Shown one piece after another: positions 40,166-50,752 of a DNA stretch of 64,000 nucleotides. How positions within the stretch are numbered: the first letter of the stretch is position 1; each line of letters starts with the position of its first letter. Both the position numbers and the translations under genes were made by a program. The stretch spans positions 320,001-384,000 of the forward strand of contig JBGAHS010000010.1 in NCBI GenBank assembly GCA_044226015.1. Reading direction: 5' to 3'. The notes under the pieces are model-generated. The model was not told the DNA's origin, made no database searches, and saw only the letters and a program-made list of their open reading frames with translations. The DNA comes from Candidatus Obscuribacteraceae bacterium (GTDB lineage: Bacteria; Cyanobacteriota; Vampirovibrionia; Obscuribacterales; Obscuribacteraceae).

Positions 40166-41740
40166 CTAATTCAATTCGAAGATCATCTTGCGATCTTCTG
40201 ACGAGAAATCGGCCATGATTTTGATTTCGCTGATATCAAAATCGGCGTTCGAAACCACAAACTCCATTTCTTTTCCTTGTTTTTCGCCAAGGTCAAGATA
40301 ATGTCCAACCATGTACTCGTGCCGAGCTGGGTCGTCGCCAGCTAGTATAAGTTTGCAAGATTTAAGTCCATTGCCCCTAACTTTGATTGATTTGAACTGA
40401 ACTGGATGCTCAAAGTTGCATTGCGCATACCATCTATGAAAGGGCATCAGAAATAGTTTGTCGGTCTCTTTAGGGTAATCAATTGTGAAGGAATTGGAGC
40501 TTAGCATTCTCAGATTCATCGAAATTGGTGCCCAGTCGTTGAAGACATATTGATGTTTGTCTTTTTCCATTTCTGAGCTGCCGTTTTTGCGACCGAGGAC
40601 ATCGGGGTGCTCTTTTTCAAGATAGGCGAGTGCTTGTTCGGCATAGTAGTGGTTAACTATAGGACCAGGATGCGCATCGGTTGGGGTAGCGCCCAATACA
40701 AATTCGGGAACTCCTGGTACGTTTGCGAAGCGACTTTGATACCACTTAGTCATTTGAGGAAGTACGTCGAGGTACTCAATTTTGTCCTGATAAAATACTT
40801 GCTCGACGGGCCACATTCTTTCTTGAAACTTCTTTGGTGTTGGAAAAACCATCATCATGAAGAATTGAGGAACTCCAGACTCATGAATGAATTCACTGGT
40901 TTCTTTCAGAGTCTCTTTGTACTGCTCGAAGTTTCGCCCTTCCAACAATTTCATTTCCCACATTGACCATTCCCAGCCGGTTTCTTCGTTGCTTGTGGCT
41001 CTGCTGTAATTGAATGTGCGGCGACTGTCTAGATAGCGCACCAATCGCGGCCAGAAAGTGTAGAAAAAACCTGCTACACCTTCGTAGTTTGGTGGTCCAT
41101 AATAAAAAAGGCCCTTGTGCGATTTTGTTTCGCGATAGCGATTTTTGACAATGGGCAAGCCCGTTTTCTTATCATCTTCCGTGGGGTCGTTGATTACATA
41201 ACTCCAGATAATCATATCTGGTTTGTATTCCTTGATCAGGCTACGAGCCCAGCTTAGCTCTCTTCTCGTATTTGCGCCGCAAAGACCTGCTGCTATAACT
41301 TCAACATCATAACCCTTTCGGTCTATTTCTGCTTGCAGCTGACGCCACCACGTGTGGTTCATGTTCAGCAAGCCGTGTCCCCAAACAAAGGAGTCACCCA
41401 TCACCAGAATTCGCCGAGAATGCGTTTTGGCTGGGCTTATTTTATAGGCATCTGAGCGCCATATAGGTGACTCGAAAGTGGCATAGTTGCGTTCTAAAAG
41501 CATGTTGGCTGCGTTTGTCGTTTGCTTTTCCCAATCAGTGGAAATAAGTAAGCCGCGTGTTTCTAGCCAATCTAAAACAACTCGGTCAATCACGGTCATG
41601 GTCAAAAGCAAAAAGCACAATGAAATGGCAAAGTATTTCATTGCATATGGTGGAAAAAATACAAGGTCCTTCAGCGGTAAATCCGCGAAAATACTTCTGA
41701 ACTCATCTTTGAACTTGTGAGATTCAGCCCTGACTTTCAT
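40166..41740 (-). CDS. Membrane-anchored SGNH/GDSL hydrolase
   Basis: RILVMGDSFVWG (block I), GLCGAN, VIND, DAHP (DxH). Confidence 0.85.
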   Translation of the reverse strand: MKVRAESHKFKDEFRSIFADLPLKDLVFFPPYAMKYFAISLCFLLLTMTVIDRVVLDWLETRGLLISTDWEKQTTNAANMLLERNYATFESPIWRSDAYKISPAKTHSRRILVMGDSFVWGHGLLNMNHTWWRQLQAEIDRKGYDVEVIAAGLCGANTRRELSWARSLIKEYKPDMIIWSYVINDPTEDDKKTGLPIVKNRYRETKSHKGLFYYGPPNYEGVAGFFYTFWPRLVRYLDSRRTFNYSRATSNEETGWEWSMWEMKLLEGRNFEQYKETLKETSEFIHESGVPQFFMMMVFPTPKKFQERMWPVEQVFYQDKIEYLDVLPQMTKWYQSRFANVPGVPEFVLGATPTDAHPGPIVNHYYAEQALAYLEKEHPDVLGRKNGSSEMEKDKHQYVFNDWAPISMNLRMLSSNSFTIDYPKETDKLFLMPFHRWYAQCNFEHPVQFKSIKVRGNGLKSCKLILAGDDPARHEYMVGHYLDLGEKQGKEMEFVVSNADFDISEIKIMADFSSEDRKMIFELN

Positions 41741-43403
41741 TGTTTTGTACAGATTGCGCCGACTGATCTGAATCAGAGGGTTGACTTGCGGAGCTCGTAT
41801 TTAGAGCCTCAGCCAGTTTGGCCGCTGCAAGCTCTTTCTCTCTCTTATTGTTGTTTCGGTAGCCATAACCGAAATAAATAAGCATGCCTATAGCCATCCA
41901 TATGAAAAATCTAAACCAGGTAAGCAGAGGCAAGCTAAGCATCAGCCCCAGGCAACTCAGTATTCCCAATATTGGTACATAAGGAGACCCTGGACACTTA
42001 AATGGGCGAGGAATGTCAGGGTGCGCCTTACGCAGGACCATGACGCCACCACAGACAAGAATGAATGCTGCCAGAGTTCCGATATTTGTAAGTTCGGCTG
42101 CCTGTCCGATGTCCATCAACATGGCTGAGACGCCTACGAAAGCTCCTGTAAGAATAGTTGGCCACAATGGTGTGCGGAATTTGGGATGAAGGTCGCCGAA
42201 AAATTTAGGCAGCAAGCGGTCGCGAGCCATAGCCATGAAGATGCGAGGTTGTCCTAGCTGAAATACCAATATCACAGATGTCATTCCCGCAAGGGCACCA
42301 ATGGTGACCAGAGCATGCGCCCAATTCGCTCCTACTGATTTCAGGGCTGTCGCAACGCAAGCAGCGTCTCCTGCGTAAGTTTTGTAGGGCAGAATTCCTG
42401 TCAGTACGAGTGAAACTAAGATGTACAGAATCGAGCAAATTAAAAGGCTTCCGAGCATACCAATGGGCATATCTCGTTGCGGATTCTTAGTCTCTTCCGC
42501 TGCAGAACTGAGCGCATCGAATCCGATAAAGCTGAAAAACACAAGAGCGGATGCGCCCATGATTGCTGACCAACCATGTGGAGCAAATGGTACCCAGTTT
42601 TCCGGCTTGATGAAGAACGCACCATACGCGATGAAGAAGATTACTGTGGTTGTCTTGATTATTACTGCCCACATATTCATGCGGGCACTTTCCTGAACGC
42701 CAATCACGAGAAACCAGGTAATAATCACCATGATTGCAAGTGCTGGAATGTCCAGTGCAATTTGCTGACCAAATATCGTCGGCAAATCAATGCTCGAATA
42801 AATGTTCATCTCTGGATTTTTGGCAATTTCGCCTATTCGCGCTAAGGCTGTGCCTTTGTCAGTTGCCAGCCATAATGGTATTTTGAGATGGCACGCATAA
42901 AGTAAATGTGTGAAGTAGTCAGACCAGCTCACAACGATGGCGATGTTGCCGACCGCATATTCGAGAATCAAATCCCACCCGATTATCCACGCAATCATCT
43001 CTCCAAGAGCTGCGTATGCGAAGGTATAGGCTGAGCCGGACACGGGAATCATCGCTGCTAGCTCTGCATAGCAGAGTGCGGTGAGTCCCGTCGCAGCAGC
43101 AGCAATCATGAATGAGATAACAATTGCCGGACCCGCACCATCTCTTCCCAGGTCGCTGTGTAGCAGGAAATTGATGATGGGAGTTTCGAGAATGCTTCTC
43201 TGTACTACAGTCTGCCCCGCCGCTGCGGTGCCTGTCAGTGCAAAAATACCTGAGCCAATCGTCGCGCCGATACCCATCAAAACAAGGTCGAACGCGCTGA
43301 GTGTCTTCTTCATCAGCCGCGTTTCGTGATATGCCTCGTCGATTAGCTCCTGAGGAGATCTCGTGCGAAGTAGGCTACGGAAGAAATTTGATTTAGTGTT
43401 CAA
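41724..43403 (-). CDS. APC-family amino acid permease
   Basis: GIGATIGSGIF, AGPA, CYAELAAMIPVSGSAY, FFSFIGFD, AEETKNPQRDMP. Confidence 0.95.
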   Translation of the reverse strand: MNTKSNFFRSLLRTRSPQELIDEAYHETRLMKKTLSAFDLVLMGIGATIGSGIFALTGTAAAGQTVVQRSILETPIINFLLHSDLGRDGAGPAIVISFMIAAAATGLTALCYAELAAMIPVSGSAYTFAYAALGEMIAWIIGWDLILEYAVGNIAIVVSWSDYFTHLLYACHLKIPLWLATDKGTALARIGEIAKNPEMNIYSSIDLPTIFGQQIALDIPALAIMVIITWFLVIGVQESARMNMWAVIIKTTTVIFFIAYGAFFIKPENWVPFAPHGWSAIMGASALVFFSFIGFDALSSAAEETKNPQRDMPIGMLGSLLICSILYILVSLVLTGILPYKTYAGDAACVATALKSVGANWAHALVTIGALAGMTSVILVFQLGQPRIFMAMARDRLLPKFFGDLHPKFRTPLWPTILTGAFVGVSAMLMDIGQAAELTNIGTLAAFILVCGGVMVLRKAHPDIPRPFKCPGSPYVPILGILSCLGLMLSLPLLTWFRFFIWMAIGMLIYFGYGYRNNNKREKELAAAKLAEALNTSSASQPSDSDQSAQSVQNNESQG

Positions 43404-43417
43404 TTGAGTAGTTGTGG

Positions 43418-46400
43418 TTATTTTATGCTCGCTGACTTCACAGTCACGTTGCCAGCTCTGTCGCTAACCTTAACTTCAATCTTCTTGGCTCCTGCGGGGC
43501 AGGAAACATCAGAGGCAATTAAAGTATTGCTTAGCCCGTCGCTGCTGTTGGCAGTGGCTGCAAATCCGAAAAACTCGCCATCATCAAACCTGAACATTGC
43601 GTTCACTATAGGACTCTGGCCGTCTTTCGCAACAACCTTGCATTCTACTTTGTTATTGCTCTTGCGTTTGCATTCAATGAGTTCAATTTCAGGTGCGGTG
43701 TTGTCTACCGTCACTGCCCTTACATTGATTGTGTGGTGGTGGTCTTCGGGATTTGACAGTCTGTCATCCAGAATAAATTTTAGAATGTAATTGCCGTCTT
43801 TTTGTTTTGCCGTGTCCCAGTTGTAAGTGAAAGACTCGGTTGAAGCACCTTCGCTTGCCTTCCCAGTAGTGCTGGAACTGCTGCTGCTTCCACTTGCGCC
43901 TCTGGCACTCTTGGGCTTGCTTGACTTCTTCTTCTCCTCAGCTTTGTCATCTGACTTGTCATCGTCTTTCTTGTCGTCGCGATCTGGAGCTTTGTCCTTA
44001 TCTTTTTCGCTGTCTTTGTCTTTTTTATCGCTGCTATCAGCGTCCTTATTTTCCTTGTCTTTATTGTCAGCGCTATTGCCATCTTGTTTGTCAGATTCCT
44101 CCTCGAGGAATATTGGAGCATCATTCATGGCACTAGATGCGATGGCGTTGGGATGGAAGCTCAGAAGCTTTAATTTCTTACCGTTAGAACTCTTTGAGCC
44201 TTTCTTTTGCTCGGTTCCTTTATTGGAATCGTTATCAGGATCCTTCTTGTCTGGATCTTTTCGTCCTGGGTCCTTCTTATCGGGCTCTTTTCTCTCAGGG
44301 TCGTCCTTCTTCTCATCAGAGGCTTTGTCGCCGACTGCTTCAATTACTTTGATGTCTTTTTTAGCATCAGCCTTATCTGGTTCTTTCTTTTCAGACTTGT
44401 CTGAACCACTTTCTTTGCTGGCGCTGCTGCTTTCCTTCTTGGCAGTTTTAGGGCGCAAATCGGAAGCGAGCTTTTCCCAGGTTTTGCCTCCGTCTTTTGA
44501 AATATCAATTGAGCAGAGCATGTTATCGCCGTCGGAATCAGTTCCGGTGAAGCTAATGTCCTGTTTGCCATTGACGCAGCTAGCAGCCTTTAGTGAGATT
44601 GATGAAAATTGAGGCGCAACATCTTTAGGCATGTAGACCACATCAATTCTACCTATTTGTGGACCTTGAGCTTTAAGATTTGCACTGTCTGTGGTGCTCA
44701 CCCATGTGAGTCTATATTGTAGGAATCGCCCTGCTGGTGAACTCAATAGATAAGATTCACCATCATATTTAGCAGTTGACCACTCGCTCCACGTTTGATC
44801 TTCAATAGATGTATTGCCAGTTCTGGTTTCGACTTTTACGTGGGTGGCAACAACAGGGTCTGCTTCTGTGAAAGGACCGTTGGTTCGCAGTCTTATCCAA
44901 TTAGCTATTCGTCCGCCATCTTTTACTTTTGATTCGTAATAAGGCGCTTTGGCAGAGCTGAGATTGAAGCACTTCAACAGTGATAGGTTCGAGCTTCCAG
45001 CAAATAGTTGCTTACCATTTGAAGCTAGAGCAAGGACTGCTTCCTGGTCAGTGTGGCATACAGGAATGAAGAATGGTTGCTCAGTTACCGGGTCTATCGC
45101 AGCCATAGTGATGTCACCTTCTGCGTCTCCCGAGAAGACTGCATCACGATCGGCATCGTAGTGCAAAGTATAGAAGGCTTCACTGCTTGCCAGGGACTGT
45201 GCATCACCAGAACTCAAAATGCGCACAAGTTTGCCCTGGTTAGCAGTTGATACATAAACGTCACCGCCACGCGTTTTAGCTATGCCAGTCACGATGTGGT
45301 CTGGCGTCTGGTAGACAGAATGGGCTTGTCCATTTTCGTCAATTCTGTATACTGAGCCCTTTTCAGCAGTTCCGACATAGAGCTGCTTGTGTGTTTTGGA
45401 ATAGAACAATGCACTTACGTGTGCTTGGCCAGTGTCAAACAACATGCTTGAGTTATGGTTTTTGTCTAGTTTATAGACCTTGCCGTTTCCAGCGACACCA
45501 ACATAGACGTTATCTGCATCGTCGCAACACAGTGCTGATATGACGGGCTCAGAAGGTTTGAAAATTTGCTTCTTTGCGCCAGACTGGCTAATTGAATACA
45601 CTCCACCGTTTGGAACTGCGGAAGCATAGATGGTTCCGCTCGAATCAGCAGTGATAGCAGAGATCATGCTTGTGTCGAGAGTCGCAAATTTTTCTGGCTT
45701 GCTCTCGTCACCTTTCCAGCGCCACACAGCGTTATCTGCTGCATAATAGAAGTAGCCTTGAGAAAATATGCCGGACCAGATTGTTGAGTCGGGCGCGACA
45801 CCTTTGCTGGCTAGAGCATCAAGCCCTGGTCCTACGCGACCCCAGCTATCTATTGTAGAGCCTTCAGTCTTACCATTGTGGAAATCATCTTCTGTCTCTT
45901 GACGCCAGATTTGGTGCAGCCTCATGTGGGGGTAGAGTTTACCCGCTGAAGAAAATGTTGATCCATTAGCGGTTGTAGTCTTCGCGCTGCTTGTCGAACC
46001 CGACTGCGTTGAGCCTGATTGAACAACGATTGCACTTGCTGCAATTCCGTTTGAAATTACTGTCACTCCAGGCGATGAGCGTCCTCCGCGAGCTACCGGT
46101 GGCGACGAAGATGATGCTGAACCAATTGTCTTTCTCGCCAGTTCGGTCATTGATGGGTCATCACCACCAACATAGGTCGGCATCGGTGATGGTGCCGACT
46201 TCGCGGCTGCTTTATCAGGATTTCTTACTTCTACAGTAAGGATATGGCTTCCGTAAAGCATCCAATCCGTTTGCTTACTTGTTTTCAGTTCGCCTTTGAT
46301 AATTTGTGGACCGCGTGTGTGCCGGTTGGAGAACAATACTTTGCTCCAATGGCTGGGCGGGTCTGGAATTTTAACGCCATCAAGCAGTAAAGTCTGCGCT

Positions 46401-48160
46401 GGCAGCCCGACTACGAGGTTTATAGCATCACCACGACCTTCTTTTCTCAATTCTTCTGCTATTTGTTTGAGCGATTCCGGTTCAGGGTCTTGCAAGCCCA
46501 TACGGTGCCTGACATAGTCGATCTGGTCACCGCCTGCGACACCAATCACCAGGTTGCCGTCTGGAGCATCTCGAGGAATTTGAAAACTCAAAGTTTCAAC
46601 CTTTTGCTCCTGATTATATGGCTTGACGATGCACATAACTTTGACTTGTTCGCCAGGTGCAGCAAAAGCCTTCTCTACATAAACTCGGTCGAGCGTTGCC
46701 GTTTGATGTCCATCTTCAAGTGTCACTCTGATTTTGAATGACTTTATTGATGCTTTCTGGAATTCGTTGTTTGAAATGCTTGATGCCGCGCGGTAGACAG
46801 AGCCGGCAATGGAATTGCCTCCCATCAAGCCCATAAGCATTTCCAAAATGGAATGTGCTGCAATATTTGATGCGTAACGATCTGTGCGCACTATTGGCTC
46901 AATACCGTCAGCCTCCAGTGTGCTCTCTACCTTCGCAACGTAGGGACCTGCATACTGGTGTGTTGCATCCACTGCTGACATTGTTGTTGCCGCAAGAAGT
47001 TGTGGTGTCAGATCAGGATGGTCAATTATTTTAGAATTATAGGTTCTCTGAATTTTTCTTGTTTCATCAACGATATCGAAAGAGCAAGGAATCATCTTCG
47101 AAGCTTTGCCGATAGAACCACCGCATGACCATGGTCTGTCTGCTGTGAATGTGCCGACCTCAGCTATCGGAGAGGCAAGCTTGAATGAAACCGAGAGACT
47201 GGGCAAAACTTTGTGTACAACAGAAGTCGCCATTGGGCACTCAATTGAGCCAGCAGACATGAAAGGATGTCCGAATGCGACGACTTTATTTCCGAACCTT
47301 GCAGTGGTTGTTCCTGTGGCAACAGCTGTGAAATCGCCTGATGTTAGCAAGACGCTAATGGACGAACCTGGCTTAATTTGTGTTGCTGCTTGTGGGTTTA
47401 GACCCGATGTCGTCAAACCTCCAGAAGCGCCAGAGCTAACCATCATGCCCATGTCTTTGAAAAGACCGGAGAGGTATTTTTCAGCATTCGGCGAAAATCC
47501 GGCTAGTGCCACGGGCGATACCAATGGTGTCATGCGAACGTCGCCGGTGCTCACTTCTTTCAGCCCACTCTGCGCCCACGGAACCTTGAAACCCCGGCTA
47601 TCTGGCGTTTTTGCAATCGGTGTCTTGCCTTCATTACTGTCTGCGAGGGCATCCAACATGTCTACGATGGGAGTGACCCCTGCTATAGGCTCTTTGGAGA
47701 AGTCATATCCGAACGAAATGGCGCCAATTAGCTTTCCATTTATGTAGCAGGGGCTTCCCGACATACCTCGAATAACATTGTTTTTCTCGATGGCTTGTCC
47801 ACCCATGCGCACCAGAATTGCATCTCTTCCCGACATTACTTTCTTCAGTATGCCGATGACAGAAATATCAAATTTCTGAATAGCATTGCCTTGAAACACC
47901 GATAAACCATAGCCGGTCATGCCAGGCTTGATCTCTTCAGTCGTCATATACGACCCTGGAGTCAGGTATTTATGAACATACGCGGCATTGTATGTGTCAA
48001 TGAATTGCTCATTTTTTTGACTTGGCTTTTGAGCAAGGGTATCCATTTCGTCGCTTGTTCGAGCGACTGTCGGCAGGCTCGTTTGAATTAATAAGCCGAA
48101 CGCAAGAAGGATACTGAGAATGGAATGGAACAGGCTGGTTGTTAGTTTTTTATTTTGCAC
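43418..48160 (-). CDS. Large secreted SpoIVB-like (peptidase S55) protein with beta-propeller-like repeats, a charged low-complexity region and an Ig-like end
   Basis: GMSGSPCYINGKLIGAISFG, AFGHPF; repeated (L/V)YVG..G.VY; D/K-rich tract; WDT..DGNY...VTVDNTAP. Confidence 0.85.
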   Translation of the reverse strand: MQNKKLTTSLFHSILSILLAFGLLIQTSLPTVARTSDEMDTLAQKPSQKNEQFIDTYNAAYVHKYLTPGSYMTTEEIKPGMTGYGLSVFQGNAIQKFDISVIGILKKVMSGRDAILVRMGGQAIEKNNVIRGMSGSPCYINGKLIGAISFGYDFSKEPIAGVTPIVDMLDALADSNEGKTPIAKTPDSRGFKVPWAQSGLKEVSTGDVRMTPLVSPVALAGFSPNAEKYLSGLFKDMGMMVSSGASGGLTTSGLNPQAATQIKPGSSISVLLTSGDFTAVATGTTTARFGNKVVAFGHPFMSAGSIECPMATSVVHKVLPSLSVSFKLASPIAEVGTFTADRPWSCGGSIGKASKMIPCSFDIVDETRKIQRTYNSKIIDHPDLTPQLLAATTMSAVDATHQYAGPYVAKVESTLEADGIEPIVRTDRYASNIAAHSILEMLMGLMGGNSIAGSVYRAASSISNNEFQKASIKSFKIRVTLEDGHQTATLDRVYVEKAFAAPGEQVKVMCIVKPYNQEQKVETLSFQIPRDAPDGNLVIGVAGGDQIDYVRHRMGLQDPEPESLKQIAEELRKEGRGDAINLVVGLPAQTLLLDGVKIPDPPSHWSKVLFSNRHTRGPQIIKGELKTSKQTDWMLYGSHILTVEVRNPDKAAAKSAPSPMPTYVGGDDPSMTELARKTIGSASSSSPPVARGGRSSPGVTVISNGIAASAIVVQSGSTQSGSTSSAKTTTANGSTFSSAGKLYPHMRLHQIWRQETEDDFHNGKTEGSTIDSWGRVGPGLDALASKGVAPDSTIWSGIFSQGYFYYAADNAVWRWKGDESKPEKFATLDTSMISAITADSSGTIYASAVPNGGVYSISQSGAKKQIFKPSEPVISALCCDDADNVYVGVAGNGKVYKLDKNHNSSMLFDTGQAHVSALFYSKTHKQLYVGTAEKGSVYRIDENGQAHSVYQTPDHIVTGIAKTRGGDVYVSTANQGKLVRILSSGDAQSLASSEAFYTLHYDADRDAVFSGDAEGDITMAAIDPVTEQPFFIPVCHTDQEAVLALASNGKQLFAGSSNLSLLKCFNLSSAKAPYYESKVKDGGRIANWIRLRTNGPFTEADPVVATHVKVETRTGNTSIEDQTWSEWSTAKYDGESYLLSSPAGRFLQYRLTWVSTTDSANLKAQGPQIGRIDVVYMPKDVAPQFSSISLKAASCVNGKQDISFTGTDSDGDNMLCSIDISKDGGKTWEKLASDLRPKTAKKESSSASKESGSDKSEKKEPDKADAKKDIKVIEAVGDKASDEKKDDPERKEPDKKDPGRKDPDKKDPDNDSNKGTEQKKGSKSSNGKKLKLLSFHPNAIASSAMNDAPIFLEEESDKQDGNSADNKDKENKDADSSDKKDKDSEKDKDKAPDRDDKKDDDKSDDKAEEKKKSSKPKSARGASGSSSSSSTTGKASEGASTESFTYNWDTAKQKDGNYILKFILDDRLSNPEDHHHTINVRAVTVDNTAPEIELIECKRKSNNKVECKVVAKDGQSPIVNAMFRFDDGEFFGFAATANSSDGLSNTLIASDVSCPAGAKKIEVKVSDRAGNVTVKSASIK

Positions 48161-48344
48161 GGTGTCAAGAGGGTTGAACTTCGGCTCAGAAAGCTGAGCT
48201 TAGAAAAATGTGATGGTCAACATGTGGGATCTTTATTCAGATCCTTATACAGAGTACCAAAACTCGTTTTATCATGGACGGGTTTGAAGATGCCATATAT
48301 AAGATTGTGGCAAGTCAAGAGTTTGTGTCGTTGGAGTCGTTCGA

Positions 48345-49193
48345 ATGAGCAAGATAGTTCGCGAAATTCTAGTCCCGTGTCTTTTAACAGTCTGCGGGGT
48401 TTTAAGCTCTGCCGCATTGGCTCAGGTGCCGACTCCAGGCGGAAACGCTGCGGCTCCGGTTCCAGGTGGCGCCGCTCCATTGCCCGGCCCATCAGCGTCT
48501 CAGGTTTTGACCGGAGGCGGAAATGCAACTTATCGTCGTCTGCCGATTAATCATCAAACCGCAGCCATAAGGCTCGAAGAACTTCGCAACATTATGGTTA
48601 CAGCAAAGCCAAAGGAATTTCAGGATGCCATCGCCGATTATCTTGATTGGCTTTCAGATATGGCTGACGGGCACTGGAAGATATACCAGGCGTTTTCCAA
48701 AGTTGATGGAATGAAGGCTCAGGCTGATGTAGAGAAAACAACTACTTTGAAATTGGGAAGCCTGAAGCGTCAGGCACTTTTGCTCAAAGCTGAGTTCTTA
48801 ATTAGAAACAATCGCCAGCCAGAAGCCTTGCAACCACTTATCGATATCGTTGTGGCTGAACCCAAAACCGCAACAGGCGATGCTGCATACGCTCTGCTTA
48901 AGCAAATCGGCTTTTCCGAAGAGGTTTCGTCGCATCCTGCTGCAACCGGTCCTAGTGGCGCGGCAGGCTCTTCAAATAAGGACATTGCTACTGCTCCAGC
49001 GGCTCCGGCTTCTGCTACTGCCGCAGCAACACCAGCTGCCGCCGCAACACCAGCTGCCGCCGCTTCTCCAGCTCTTGTTCCACCAAGCAGCACGGCTGTG
49101 ATGCCAGCGACTGCCCCTCGGACAATCAGCCCGGCAACGGTAAAGCCTGCGCCTGAGCGACGTGTCGCAGGCTCCAGCTTCATCATCAACTAG
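48345..49193 (+). CDS. Secreted hypothetical protein with an Ala/Pro-rich tail
   Basis: Signal peptide (ALA motif), helical core, repeated AAATPA. Confidence 0.75.
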   Translation: MSKIVREILVPCLLTVCGVLSSAALAQVPTPGGNAAAPVPGGAAPLPGPSASQVLTGGGNATYRRLPINHQTAAIRLEELRNIMVTAKPKEFQDAIADYLDWLSDMADGHWKIYQAFSKVDGMKAQADVEKTTTLKLGSLKRQALLLKAEFLIRNNRQPEALQPLIDIVVAEPKTATGDAAYALLKQIGFSEEVSSHPAATGPSGAAGSSNKDIATAPAAPASATAAATPAAAATPAAAASPALVPPSSTAVMPATAPRTISPATVKPAPERRVAGSSFIIN

Positions 49194-49196
49194 GGT

Positions 49197-49250
49197 CCGA
49201 AGCTGCCCAGGATGGGCTCCCAGACCGAAGTCGCCAGGATTGCACTGTCC
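49197..49250 (+). repeat. Two degenerate REP-like elements
   Basis: CCGAAGCTGCCCAGGATGGGCTCCCAG and CCGAAGTCGCCAGGATTGCACTGTCC; similar to 50512 and 57257. Confidence 0.55.
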
Positions 49251-49271
49251 GTCAGGCTTTGCGCTTGCAGG

Positions 49272-50354
49272 CTAGCCATTTACGAGGCGAGTCTGTAAAT
49301 CCTTGATTGCCAGTTCGCCTCGTTTGAAGCTGACAACAGATTCAAACTCAATCCATCCACGCTCGGGCAGCCCTTTCTTTACGAGCTGATCAACCATCGT
49401 CGTAATGTGTTCGCTCGCCGTAGCGAATGCTTCATTTTCCGCTGAGTGCGCTCGTACCAGTACACCTACAGCTTTTCCCTCTGCATTCAACATCGGTCCG
49501 CCAGAGCAGCCCGACCACGAGGGCATCGCGGTTCTAATCCAGCCAATAGGCTTATTGCTCAGACCGTTTGGATTCAGTCCCAAATCAATCGAACCGAACT
49601 TTCCCGCAGACAAAGCAGCCTCATTCCCTTGTGGAAAGCCCAGTGCATAAATAGGATCGCGCCTTTGCATCGTTGTGGCTGATGCTAGTTCAAAGCGCGA
49701 AACCTGGTTTCCTACTTCACTTACGCGCAATAGTGCCAGGTCTTCATTAGCGGCTCGAGCAATTAGTCGAGCAGGGTGTAGAGTTCCGTCTGGCAGCATG
49801 GTCATTATGTTTGAGGACACCTTCATGTCGTTGGCAATGCCGTGGTTTGCACTGACCATCAAGCCATCATCTATGAAAAAGCCCGTGCTAACTTTGTTTT
49901 CAATGTGAACCTGCATAATGCCATCTGACTTTTGCCAGAGTTTTGCTTCAATATTTCCTGGAACTCTGGATATTTCCATAACGTAAGGAAAGGCATAGTC
50001 AGCCGAATGAGCATCAATCATCAGATGTGGAACTTGAACCTTGGAAGCCGTCGCGCCAGCTTGCGCGCTTATTTCCCGACCATCTATAAACTCGATGCTG
50101 GAAGACAGTGACTTAGCTCTCGCGCTAGTCTCAACACCAGCAATAGTTTCCAGCTGCTGGGGGAGAGGAGGTCTATGAATGTTTCCAAGCAATTTTCCCG
50201 GCATCCCCGTCAACTGCGCTGCTTCCAGCTGCATGCCGAGGGCAGATTTGGGCTGCAATTCCAGTAAAGCTGTTTCCAGCGCACGCCCGCGCCCTTGCGT
50301 CAACATAAATTTGCCTGCAAGGTTTTCTGCAATTGCCAAAGCGGGTCGTAGCAT
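49272..50354 (-). CDS. Trypsin-like (S1) serine protease domain protein
   Basis: STGFFI, SANH (His), EDLALL (Asp), GCSGGP (Ser). Confidence 0.85.
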   Translation of the reverse strand: MLRPALAIAENLAGKFMLTQGRGRALETALLELQPKSALGMQLEAAQLTGMPGKLLGNIHRPPLPQQLETIAGVETSARAKSLSSSIEFIDGREISAQAGATASKVQVPHLMIDAHSADYAFPYVMEISRVPGNIEAKLWQKSDGIMQVHIENKVSTGFFIDDGLMVSANHGIANDMKVSSNIMTMLPDGTLHPARLIARAANEDLALLRVSEVGNQVSRFELASATTMQRRDPIYALGFPQGNEAALSAGKFGSIDLGLNPNGLSNKPIGWIRTAMPSWSGCSGGPMLNAEGKAVGVLVRAHSAENEAFATASEHITTMVDQLVKKGLPERGWIEFESVVSFKRGELAIKDLQTRLVNG

Positions 50355-50511
50355 TGATTCACCAGAGCTATCAAAAGCACTATAAGTGTCCCGCCTCTCT
50401 GCTTATAGGGATTTAGCACCACTGCTACGTGCGCAAAACCACAGGTCAGCTAATTTCACTTCGGCGTCGCGATAGGCGGCTTTCGCGCTGGCTAGATGGC
50501 GAAACTTAAGA

Positions 50512-50535
50512 GCCGCAGGATGGCGCCGGTCCCAG
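50512..50535 (+). repeat. REP-like element
   Basis: GCCGCAGGATGGCGCCGGTCCCAG shares the CAGGATGG...TCCCAG core. Confidence 0.45.
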
Positions 50536-50752
50536 TCCGACTTTTGTCGCAGTGAATAACTCGAAGACTGAAGTGGAAGGTGGGGACGGTAGCCTCATTT
50601 CCTCAGTTGCGAACTTAGTGACATGAGGACGGAAAATCCCAAAATTAATTGAGCTAGATTTCAACAGCTCGGTTAGAATGGCAAATATTAATTTCGTTTG
50701 ATCTATTCTGGCTTAGGGCACTAAGGGTCTAGATAAGCCTTGGAGGCGAGTG

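Noticed and set aside
39554..41740. Saxitoxin biosynthesis cluster
   Set aside because: Only sxtJ/K/L-like accessory genes; no sxtA, sxtG or sxtI-like genes in the window.
43827..44612. 261-aa antisense Leu/Ser-rich ORF and the other nested or antisense ORFs in the track
   Set aside because: Shadows of real genes (here the D/K-rich tract of the S55 protein); no independent motifs.
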